This document shows positions 1 to 8,070 of a stretch of DNA of 64,000 nucleotides, in pieces; the stretch's first letter is position 1, and the number at the start of each line of letters is the position of its first letter. Source of the DNA: Salinivirgaceae bacterium (lineage in GTDB: Bacteria; Bacteroidota; Bacteroidia; Bacteroidales; SZUA-534). The stretch lies in assembly GCA_017474765.1 (NCBI GenBank), contig JAFVGW010000034.1:217694-281693 (forward strand). Direction: 5' to 3'. The position numbers and the translations under genes were made by a program. The notes under the pieces were generated by a model, which saw only the letters and a program-made list of their open reading frames with translations, was not told the origin of the DNA and ran no database searches.

Positions 1-1126
1 CTTCCAATTTCGGTTTGTCGACAGCAATGAGCGGGCAGATTTCGAGCATATGGCTCTGCAGGCACGAACTGCGGTCGCCAGCAAAGTTCAGCGTGTAGTC
101 TTCCAAGAACGAGCAGCCCTTCGGCATTCCCTGTTGGATAACCCACAGAGTGCGGCAGAGGCAGGCTGTCTTCCAGTCGCCTTCAGCGCCAAAGCCGATG
201 CCTTCCTGCATCAAGCGCTGCGATGCCAGACCAGGAATTTGGTCGAAGCCGACAAAGTTTGGGTCGTCGATATTGGCGTCGCCAAGATCGTCGAAGTTAG
301 TTGTGAAGGCTGTTGCGCCTTCGTCTTTGAGCACGCGGCGCAGAGCTATTTCGGCTTTAGCGGCGTTCTTAACTTTTTCCCAGTAAACCTTCTCGCCCGA
401 CTCATCTATCTTAATGGTATAGAGTTTCTTATACTCTTCAACAAGTTCGTCGGCTTCTTTGTCGGTTACTTTCTTAAAATATTCCATCAATGACGAAACA
501 GGATAGTAATCAACGTGATAGCCCAGGCGTTGCTCGAACTCGACGCGGTCGCCATCGGTAACGGCAACGTTGTTCATATTCATACCAAACATCAGGCAGC
601 GGACGTTGTGAGCGTCGGCCACGCCAGCGGCAACGCGTGCCCAAACGGCAATCTGCTTCTGAGCCTGCGCGTCTTTCCAATAGCCGCAAACCACCTTACG
701 GGCCACGCGCATACGGGTGCAGATATGTCCGAACTCAATGTCGCCGTGAGCCGATTGGTTCAGGTTCATAAAATCCATATCGATTTTGTCCCAAGGAATT
801 TCGGCGTTGTACTGTGTGTGGAAGTGCAGCAGCGGTTTCTCGAGCGCCTGCAGACCTTTAATCCACATTTTTGCGGGCGAGAAAGTGTGCATCCAAGTGA
901 TAATGCCCGCGCACTTTGCGTCGTTGTTGGCGGCCTTCATCACGTCTTCAACTTCTTTCGAAGAGTTGGCCGTGCCTTTGTAAACAATTTTTACAGGAAT
1001 GTTGCCGCTCTTGTTCAAGCCTTCAACCATTTCCTTTGAGTGGCCGTCGACTGCAACAACAGCGTCGCCACCATACAGTAACTGCGCACCAGTTACCCAC
1101 CAGATTTCTAAATTTTCAAATGCCAT
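1..1126 (-). CDS. araA: L-arabinose isomerase (N-terminal ~375 codons; C-terminus lies left of the window)
   Basis: Absent from the ORF track because there is no stop in the window. My translation of the minus strand from ATG 1126-1124 gives MAFENLEIWWVTGAQLLYGGDAVVAVDGHSKEMV...WMHTFSPAKMW...FMNLNQSAHGDIEFGH..., and the frame stays open to the window edge. The N-terminus and motifs are typical of AraA, and araD is the neighbour. Confidence 0.88.
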   Translation of the reverse strand, partial: MAFENLEIWWVTGAQLLYGGDAVVAVDGHSKEMVEGLNKSGNIPVKIVYKGTANSSKEVEDVMKAANNDAKCAGIITWMHTFSPAKMWIKGLQALEKPLLHFHTQYNAEIPWDKIDMDFMNLNQSAHGDIEFGHICTRMRVARKVVCGYWKDAQAQKQIAVWARVAAGVADAHNVRCLMFGMNMNNVAVTDGDRVEFEQRLGYHVDYYPVSSLMEYFKKVTDKEADELVEEYKKLYTIKIDESGEKVYWEKVKNAAKAEIALRRVLKDEGATAFTTNFDDLGDANIDDPNFVGFDQIPGLASQRLMQEGIGFGAEGDWKTACLCRTLWVIQQGMPKGCSFLEDYTLNFAGDRSSCLQSHMLEICPLIAVDKPKLE

Positions 1127-1215
1127 AACTTTTTGAATTAACAATTAATAATTAACAATTAACAATTGCCTATGCAATCATAAACTATCAAGTATTAATC
1201 GCGGTTAATAATCAA

Positions 1216-1569
1216 TTATTTATTTAATGTATTCACACTTGCAGTTAATAGTTTCATCAATTTCTTGCCATCTACATAAATGCTTTTATATTTATCATTC
1301 AGTCCTCCATATTCATATTGTTGATACTTCATCCAACATACTAATCTATCGAGGTTTTTTATAGCACTTCTCAACCTATGCATTATATCGTCCGTATTAT
1401 CCAATGATTCTATTTCATTTATTGCAGTTTCAAGATTTATTCTGTATTCACTTAACTGAAATGCTATTCCAGCATCCCTAAAGTCGTTACGCACCATTTC
1501 TTCGCATAAGTGTTTAATTCGCATAGAAAGTGAATTGATTTTTTCTTTTATAGCAATATCAATGTCCAT
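1216..1569 (-). CDS. small all-helical hypothetical protein, possibly a divergent four-helix-bundle (23S rRNA-IVS/Avd-like) family member
   Basis: 117-aa ORF filling the araA-araD gap. Hand-counted 60-nt lines are about 30% GC, against more than 50% in flanking genes. The sequence looks helical. It weakly resembles Bacteroidetes four-helix-bundle proteins (RIKHLCEE..., KLMKLLTASV), from memory only. Confidence 0.5.
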   Translation of the reverse strand: MDIDIAIKEKINSLSMRIKHLCEEMVRNDFRDAGIAFQLSEYRINLETAINEIESLDNTDDIMHRLRSAIKNLDRLVCWMKYQQYEYGGLNDKYKSIYVDGKKLMKLLTASVNTLNK

Positions 1570-1588
1570 TGCACAAGTTTTTCAACTT

Positions 1589-2296
1589 TCAATTTTTCTT
1601 CTTTTGACCATAATATGCATTCGGCCCGTGTTTTCTTTGATAGTGTTTCTCTATCAAATAAGGATTCATAGTAAGTGCGGGATTCACCGAGAACGCCACA
1701 AACGCCATTTTAGCGCATTGTTCCATTACTTTGGCATTGTAGACGGCGTTGTCGGGCGACGTGCCCCACGAGAACGGACCGTGGTTCTTGACCAGTACGC
1801 CAGGCGTGTGGTCGGGATTTATCTTTCTGATATTCAAGAACTCGTCAACAATCACATTGCCTGTCTCCAACTCGTACTGACCTTCAACTTCAGCCTTTGT
1901 CATATCGCGGGTGCAGGGAATGTCCTTGTAGAAATAGTCGGCGTGAGTGGTGCCGATATTCGGAATGTCGCGGCCTGCCTGCGCAAACGCTGTAGCATAG
2001 GTTGAGTGTGTGTGCACAACGCCCTTAATATTCGGGAAAGCCTTGTATAGAGCCAGATGCGTTGGGGTGTCGCTCGACGGATTCAAGTCGCCTTCGACAA
2101 CCTTGCCGCTCTGCAAATCGACAACCACCATATCTGAAGCCTTCATTTCGTCGTACGACACGCCCGAAGGCTTGATAACCACAAGACCTTTTTCGCGGTC
2201 TATGCCCGAAACGTTGCCCCAGGTGAAAATCACGAGTCCCTGTTTCACAAGGTCGAGATTGGCCTTGAACACTTTTTCTTTTAATTCTACTAACAT
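1589..2296 (-). CDS. araD: L-ribulose-5-phosphate 4-epimerase
   Basis: 235 aa. [46 protein letters not shown]... and [12 protein letters not shown] match class II aldolase/AraD. ATG at 2296-2294. Confidence 0.9.
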   Translation of the reverse strand: MLVELKEKVFKANLDLVKQGLVIFTWGNVSGIDREKGLVVIKPSGVSYDEMKASDMVVVDLQSGKVVEGDLNPSSDTPTHLALYKAFPNIKGVVHTHSTYATAFAQAGRDIPNIGTTHADYFYKDIPCTRDMTKAEVEGQYELETGNVIVDEFLNIRKINPDHTPGVLVKNHGPFSWGTSPDNAVYNAKVMEQCAKMAFVAFSVNPALTMNPYLIEKHYQRKHGPNAYYGQKKKN

Positions 2297-2491
2297 ATCG
2301 TCATTTTTTGTTCTGCGAGATTATAAGGTTGAGCGATTCGCGGTTGAAAAGTGTTTAGAGTTAAGAAGTTTAGTCGCTTCGCTGTTTAGTTTTCTAAACA
2401 ACTCAACTTTCTCAACCTTGTCAACTTTCTAAACCTTTAAACTATCCTAATCTTCTCATCCTTAACATCTTGCAAAAAGTATATCTTACTT

Positions 2492-2537
2492 AAAAAAGAC
2501 TGCTGTTCCCGACATTGCGACATCGAAAACAGCAGTC
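2492..2537 (-). terminator. rho-independent terminator after the symporter gene
   Basis: On the minus strand, the 10-bp stem GACTGCTGTT/AACAGCAGTC (2498-2507 / 2528-2537) is followed by TTTTTT (plus-strand A run 2492-2497). Confidence 0.7.
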
Positions 2538-2567
2538 ACTATTATTCAACAATAAGTCGGGCCAATT

Positions 2568-4526
2568 CTACCACAAAGCAATGTAGAGAACAGCCAAAAT
2601 TGCTATAACTGCCAGAGCGCCAATGTTGAACACCTTGTCGGTGTGGAACAGTTCAAGGTCGGTACCAACAGCCTTGTGGTCCTGAACCGAGTCGTTGGCG
2701 TTCGAACGCAGGTAGAAGCCCAGCGTGAGCAGCATTGCGGCAAGGAAGAAGATGGCTTCGAAGCCGTAAATCTGCAGGAATTCAATTTTAGCAATCAACT
2801 GTACAATGCCGAGTATCAGGCAGATAGCGCCAACACCGAGCAGAATGTTCGACCAGGTGCGCTGCATTTCGACAGTCTGACCGTCCATTTCGGCAGCGGC
2901 AACTTCGTTCTTCTTGTTGCAGAAAATCGAAATTCCGATGAACAGAACAACCAGAACCATAAACACGTAGCCCATACGAAGCAGGAACGGCGTTTCAGGC
3001 ATAATGAACTTGAACAGGATGCTGAAGAAGAACGTGCCGATGGCTGCCACAACAGCGGCAGGACCCGACGAACGTTTCCACAGCAGGCCAAGTCCGAAGA
3101 TTACAACCACGCCAGGATAAACGAATCCAGAGTATTCCTGAATGATTTGGAACGCTTGGTCGGCACCGCCCATAATCGGGTAAACAGCCACCAAAGCCAG
3201 CAGCAGAGCCACGATTGAAGTGATACGGCCAACGCTGACAAGTTTGCGTTCCGATGCTTCCTTGTTGATGAACTTCTTGTAAACGTCCATTGTGAAGATG
3301 GTCGAAGTTGAGTTGAACATTGAAGCCAGCGACGAGATGACGGCGGCGGTCAATGCGGCAAACGACAGACCTTTCACAACAACAGGCGTGAAGTTGCGGA
3401 TAAGGAACGGATAAGCGTCGTCAGAGCGCTCGATGGTTCCGTGCAAATCGATTGAGCCGCTCAACAAGTCAGGATGTTGCCAGATAAGGAATGCGCAAAC
3501 ACCAGGAATGCAGACGATGAACGGAATCAAAATCTTCAGGAAAGCGGCGAACAAAAGGCCCTTCTTTGCTTCGTCGAGACTCTTTGCGGCCAGACCTTTC
3601 TGAATGATGTATTGGTTGAAGCCCCAGTAGCCGATGTTAGTCAGCCAGAGCGCGCCGATAATCAGAGCCAGACCAGGCAGTGTGAAGTACGGGTCGTCGG
3701 TGATGTTCGGATAAAGTGCGCTGTTGCGGTCAACCACAAGGTTGAAATGCTTGTCGCCTTCGATGGTTCCAAGTTTGTCCATAACTGCGCCAAGAGCCGA
3801 AACTGCGCCGTCGGCACCCAGAAGCGGTGCAATGAAATCGAGTGTGAAGTAAGCCGTGATAAGGCCGCCACCAACCAGGAAGGTAACCTGCATAACGTCG
3901 GTCCAGGCAACTGACGCCAAACCGCCGTAGATTGAGTAAGCACCTGCTATCAGGTAGAGAATCAAGATGATACCCACCAGCGTCATATCCATTCCGAACA
4001 TACCAACAATTGTCGGCAGACCGAGAATCTGTTTGATAGCCAATGCGCCAAGCCAAGCCACCGATGTCAGGTTGATGAACACATAAAGGAACAGCCAGAA
4101 CGACGAGAACGCCAGACCAACGCCCCAGTTGTAGCGGTCGCTCAAGAACTGCGGGATGGTGAAGATGTTCTTGCGAATCATCACAGGCAGAAGGAATTTA
4201 GCCACAACAAGCAGAGTTGCGGCGGCCATCAGTTCATAAGCCGCAATGGCGATGCCCGATGCGTAAGCCGAGCCCGACATTCCGATGAACTGTTCAGCCG
4301 AGATGTTGGCTGCAATCAGCGAAGCACCTACCGCCCACCAAGTCAATGAGTTACCTGCAAGGAAGTAGTCCTTTGAGTTTTCGGCGCCGTTGGCACCTTT
4401 CTTTTTGGCCATCCATTTCGGGATGAAAACGCCGCAGCCCACAAGAATCAAAATGTAGACGATGAACACAGCGTAGTCGGCAACCGCGAAACCGTTGTTA
4501 GCCAAACTGTCTAAAATTTGTCTCAT
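2568..4526 (-). CDS. sodium:solute symporter family (SGLT-like) transporter, probable arabinose/pentose uptake
   Basis: 652 aa and highly hydrophobic, with many predicted TM helices. The N-terminal region (FLAGNSLTWWAVGASLIAANISAEQFIGMSG) is typical of the SSS family. It lies between the mutarotase and araD. Confidence 0.85.
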   Translation of the reverse strand: MRQILDSLANNGFAVADYAVFIVYILILVGCGVFIPKWMAKKKGANGAENSKDYFLAGNSLTWWAVGASLIAANISAEQFIGMSGSAYASGIAIAAYELMAAATLLVVAKFLLPVMIRKNIFTIPQFLSDRYNWGVGLAFSSFWLFLYVFINLTSVAWLGALAIKQILGLPTIVGMFGMDMTLVGIILILYLIAGAYSIYGGLASVAWTDVMQVTFLVGGGLITAYFTLDFIAPLLGADGAVSALGAVMDKLGTIEGDKHFNLVVDRNSALYPNITDDPYFTLPGLALIIGALWLTNIGYWGFNQYIIQKGLAAKSLDEAKKGLLFAAFLKILIPFIVCIPGVCAFLIWQHPDLLSGSIDLHGTIERSDDAYPFLIRNFTPVVVKGLSFAALTAAVISSLASMFNSTSTIFTMDVYKKFINKEASERKLVSVGRITSIVALLLALVAVYPIMGGADQAFQIIQEYSGFVYPGVVVIFGLGLLWKRSSGPAAVVAAIGTFFFSILFKFIMPETPFLLRMGYVFMVLVVLFIGISIFCNKKNEVAAAEMDGQTVEMQRTWSNILLGVGAICLILGIVQLIAKIEFLQIYGFEAIFFLAAMLLTLGFYLRSNANDSVQDHKAVGTDLELFHTDKVFNIGALAVIAILAVLYIALW

Positions 4527-4566
4527 AAAAAATTGTTTTGATTATTACGTATTGTAAATTGTTGAT

Positions 4567-5748
4567 TTACTTATTCTCGCAATTTTCTTTCTCGCAGCAT
4601 TCTTTGTTGCCGTCTTTCTCGCAGCACTCTTTGTTGCAGAAGGCGTAAACGCAGACGCTGTAGTATTTCTCACCAGGATTCAGCACAACCGACGGGAAGT
4701 TCTCTTTGTTCGGGCTGTCGGGGAAGTGTTGAGTCTCAAGGCAGAGAGCGCCGCGGCGCGGATAGAGTTTGCCGTATTTGCCAGTCTCTTTGCCAGAGAT
4801 GAAGTTGCCTGCATAGAATTGCAGACCAGGCTCGTTGGTGAGCACCTTCATTGTGATACCCGAAACAGGGCTTGTAACTGTAGCGGCAAGTGTCAGGCCG
4901 CTCTTGCAGCATTTAGCTGAGTCGTTCAGAACATAGTTGTGGTCATATCCGCCACGAACGCTGTCGATGCGGGCACCAACGGCAGTCGGTGTGCGGAAGT
5001 CGAGCGGGGTGTTGTCGAGCGAAGCGATTTCGCCAGTCGGAATCAGCGACCAGTCAACAGGGGTGTAACTGTCGGCGTTAATCTGCAAAACGTGGTCGTT
5101 GATGGTTGTCGAAGCGTCGCCCGAAAGGTTGAAGAACGAGTGGTTTGTAAGGTTGCAAACGGTCGGTTTGTCAGTCTCGGCAAAGTACTCAATCTTGATG
5201 GCGTTGCATTTGGTGATGGTGTAAACAACCTTCACGTTCAGATTGCCAGGGAAACCTGCTTCGCCGTCAGCCGACAAGTAAGACAGTTCCAAAGTGCTGT
5301 CGTTGAGTTGTTTGCCGTCCCAAACCACAGCAAAATAACCTTTTTTGCCACCGTGCAGCGAGTTGCGGCGCTCGTTGGCGTCAACATTGAAAGTCTCATC
5401 GCCAATCTTGAACGATGCGCCACCGATGCGGTTGCCGTAGCGGCCGATGAGCGCGCCAAAGTAAAGGCCGTCATTCGATGACTGATATTGGTCAAGGTTG
5501 TCGAAACCCATCACAACATCCTGAAAAGCACCGTTTTTGTCGGGAACGAAAAGATTGACAATACGTCCGCCGTAATTGGTGATTTGTGCTGTCACGCCAG
5601 CATCGTTCTTAATGGTGAACAAACTAACTTGTTTTCCGTCAACTTCTTTCGCAAAATTTGCCTTGTCGGCAAGCGGAAGTTGGCATTGCTGTTTCGAAGT
5701 GCAGGCAACCATAGCCAAGGCACTCAATGCAAATAAAACCTTTTTCAT
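4567..5748 (-). CDS. galM: aldose 1-epimerase (mutarotase), lipoprotein, with Cys-rich C-terminal tail
   Basis: Family motifs are present (GRYGNRIGGA, NSLHGGKKGY, TNHSFFNL, ETQHFPDSPN). I prefer the internal ATG at 5748-5746, which gives MKKVLFALSALAMVAC (signal peptide plus lipobox). The ORF-track start at 5787 would add 13 aa ahead of the signal. Confidence 0.85.
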   Translation of the reverse strand: MKKVLFALSALAMVACTSKQQCQLPLADKANFAKEVDGKQVSLFTIKNDAGVTAQITNYGGRIVNLFVPDKNGAFQDVVMGFDNLDQYQSSNDGLYFGALIGRYGNRIGGASFKIGDETFNVDANERRNSLHGGKKGYFAVVWDGKQLNDSTLELSYLSADGEAGFPGNLNVKVVYTITKCNAIKIEYFAETDKPTVCNLTNHSFFNLSGDASTTINDHVLQINADSYTPVDWSLIPTGEIASLDNTPLDFRTPTAVGARIDSVRGGYDHNYVLNDSAKCCKSGLTLAATVTSPVSGITMKVLTNEPGLQFYAGNFISGKETGKYGKLYPRRGALCLETQHFPDSPNKENFPSVVLNPGEKYYSVCVYAFCNKECCEKDGNKECCEKENCENK

Positions 5749-5840
5749 TTTAAAAGTATTTAGTTTAGTAGTAATTGTGTCTGCCAAAGCAAACGTTTGT
5801 TTTTTTTTAATCCGACTCTCGTAACCGAAAATCAGCCACT

Positions 5841-5848
5841 CAAATATA
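5841..5848 (-). promoter_or_regulatory. candidate -7 promoter element (TATATTTG) for the mutarotase/symporter unit
   Basis: The minus strand reads TATATTTG, matching the Bacteroidetes -7 consensus TAnnTTTG. It lies 92 nt upstream of ATG 5748. Confidence 0.3.
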
Positions 5849-6004
5849 AATTGTATTTTTTACTATTTATCAATAAGCGCTGTTTTTTCGATTAGAAAAT
5901 CGATTGGCGATATTAGTCAAAAAATCAATCGTTTATAGCGTGTAGCGATGATTTTTTTTGATGATTTGGGGCATTGTTCGGCGGCGGCGGGCGCCAAATA
6001 GGGG

Positions 6005-6961
6005 CTAATTCAGTTCAATGTCTTGCGGCAAGACGAACAGCGACGTGTCAGTTTCAACAATCCGATACTTCGGGTCGATGATTTTTATCGAGTACGTTTT
6101 TCGCTTCGGATTGGTGAGTTTCGTGCTGCGAAGCCAGGGGTTCATCAGTTTGAGCATCTTGTAGTTAGTGCCGTGCTCAAAGGCGAAGTCGGCCATATCG
6201 GCAATGGTGCTGTCAACTTCCACAACCGAGTAGGGAATCGGCTGATAGAGTTCGTCTTTGGGCATTGCAAATCCGTATGTTTCAGGATTTTCCATTATCT
6301 GCTTGATGGCGATGGCGCGGAAAACGTAACGCCCCGCTTCTTCGCCGAGCACAAGGTCGTAGTAGTTGTTGCTCTTTTGCTGCCCTGCGAATTTGGCCAG
6401 GCCGTTGCCACCGATGTTGTACGACGCCGCAGCCATTGTCCACGAGCCGAACTTGTCTTTCATTCGCTTGAAGTACGCGATTGCGGCGATGGTCGATTTC
6501 TCAAGATTGTAACGCTCGTCAACTTCATCGTTAACTTCAAGGCCGAAATCTTTTGCCGTGCCGCCCAGAAACTGCCAGAATCCTTTGGCGCCCGACGGCG
6601 ACACCACGTTCATCAGCGAACTCTCAATAACGGCAATATACTTCAGGTCGTCGGGCACATTGTTTTCTTTCAGAATTGGCTCAATGACAGGAAAATAGCG
6701 ATGAGCGCGCTTGAGCATCAGAATGGTTTGCGAGTGCCAAAGGCGGTTCACCTGCAACTCGCGGTCAAGGCTTTCGCGAGTGTCGAAGTTGTGGATTGGC
6801 ACCGTCTCGCCCATAAAAGTCAGATTGTCAGGCATTGGCACCGCATCGGTAACCTGACTGACGGTGAACTCGTTGGGCGTTTGGAAAAACCGCACCACGG
6901 CAAACGCCACGGCGGCCGAAACCAACGCTGAAACTATAATTGTAATTATCTGATTTTTCAT
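6005..6961 (-). CDS. lytic transglycosylase (SLT domain) protein
   Basis: 318 aa with an N-terminal TM anchor and the SLT catalytic region IAVIESSLMNVVSPSGAKGFWQF...AASYNIG. Confidence 0.8.
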   Translation of the reverse strand: MKNQIITIIVSALVSAAVAFAVVRFFQTPNEFTVSQVTDAVPMPDNLTFMGETVPIHNFDTRESLDRELQVNRLWHSQTILMLKRAHRYFPVIEPILKENNVPDDLKYIAVIESSLMNVVSPSGAKGFWQFLGGTAKDFGLEVNDEVDERYNLEKSTIAAIAYFKRMKDKFGSWTMAAASYNIGGNGLAKFAGQQKSNNYYDLVLGEEAGRYVFRAIAIKQIMENPETYGFAMPKDELYQPIPYSVVEVDSTIADMADFAFEHGTNYKMLKLMNPWLRSTKLTNPKRKTYSIKIIDPKYRIVETDTSLFVLPQDIELN

Positions 6962-7006
6962 AATTTGCGAATTGCACGAACGGACGCGATGAATCGCGTC
7001 CCTACA

Positions 7007-8065
7007 TTATTTTTTCTGTTTGGGTTTGGTAACCTTTGTGTTGGCGTAGAGCAACCCCGACACCACAACTGCGGCGCAGCCTGCCACCCACAGCGGCCAC
7101 GCTTGTTTTGGCGGCATCAGCAGGAACCACACTGCCACCGACGCCGAAACAATGTTGATGGCGCCCAGCAAGCAAACCACCTGACGGTCGCTCAAGCCGC
7201 GGTACGACAGGTGATGCGTGGTGTGGTCGGTGCCGCCAACAAACGGCGACTGACCGCGCATCAGGCGGTTGATGGTGACGGTGGCGGTATCGGTAATGGG
7301 CACCAGAAATGCCAGATAGACAATCAGAAACGGATAGACGGGGTTCGACAGTTCGGCCGCCGCAGGATTCCACAGGTAGCGGATGCTCATTATGGCCATA
7401 AACGCGCCCAAAAACTGCGAGCCGTTGTCGCCCATATACATTTTCGATGGATGCCAGTTAAACTTGTAAAAGGCTATCATTGAAGCAAGTGTGGACAAAA
7501 TCAGCAGAACAAAAAACATATCGCGCACAGGCGAAAGAAGCATCACCAGAATGCCCGCAAGCACAATCACGCACATTGTGTTGGTGACGGAATCCATATT
7601 GTCGAGCATATTGAGCGAGTTCATTATGCCGACAACCCAAAACAGCGTCAACGCATAATTAAGCCATTGATTATCAAATATCTGAATATATATTCCGCAT
7701 ACAATCAAAATCGCGCCCACGGCAAACTGCATTGCAAACTTGAACATTGGCGAAGTGTTGAAAACATCGTCAATCAGCCCCATCACAAACGCCAGGCTGA
7801 CAGCCGCCAAAATACCAGCAACCAGTTGCCCGTCAACCGTTTGCGCCGAGCGAGAGCCAAAGATAATCCATCCCAGGACACCTATCGCAAAGCCCGCAAA
7901 AAAACCGACGCCGCCAAGCATCGGTTTGCGCTGCGACGCCCATCGCTCGCCTGTAATGTTGTGTTTCTTAATGTTTTGACGTTGCGAACGCGACAAGAAA
8001 AAAGCGTGCACGCCCATTGTCAAACAAAAAACCGACAGAAAAAATATGATAAAATACAAAGTCAT
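7007..8065 (-). CDS. MraY/WecA-family polyprenyl-phosphate N-acetylhexosamine-1-phosphate transferase (glycosyltransferase family 4)
   Basis: 352 aa polytopic membrane protein with motifs GLIDDV, NSLNMLDNMDS and MGDNGSQFLGAF. Confidence 0.85.
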   Translation of the reverse strand: MTLYFIIFFLSVFCLTMGVHAFFLSRSQRQNIKKHNITGERWASQRKPMLGGVGFFAGFAIGVLGWIIFGSRSAQTVDGQLVAGILAAVSLAFVMGLIDDVFNTSPMFKFAMQFAVGAILIVCGIYIQIFDNQWLNYALTLFWVVGIMNSLNMLDNMDSVTNTMCVIVLAGILVMLLSPVRDMFFVLLILSTLASMIAFYKFNWHPSKMYMGDNGSQFLGAFMAIMSIRYLWNPAAAELSNPVYPFLIVYLAFLVPITDTATVTINRLMRGQSPFVGGTDHTTHHLSYRGLSDRQVVCLLGAINIVSASVAVWFLLMPPKQAWPLWVAGCAAVVVSGLLYANTKVTKPKQKK

Positions 8066-8070
8066 ATCCG

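Noticed and set aside
6023-6931. 302-aa plus-strand ORF
   Set aside because: It is fully antisense to the well-supported lytic transglycosylase gene. Its composition is R/H/V/G-rich and low-complexity, and I recognise no motif. It is typical of the long shadow ORFs seen opposite genuine genes throughout this window.
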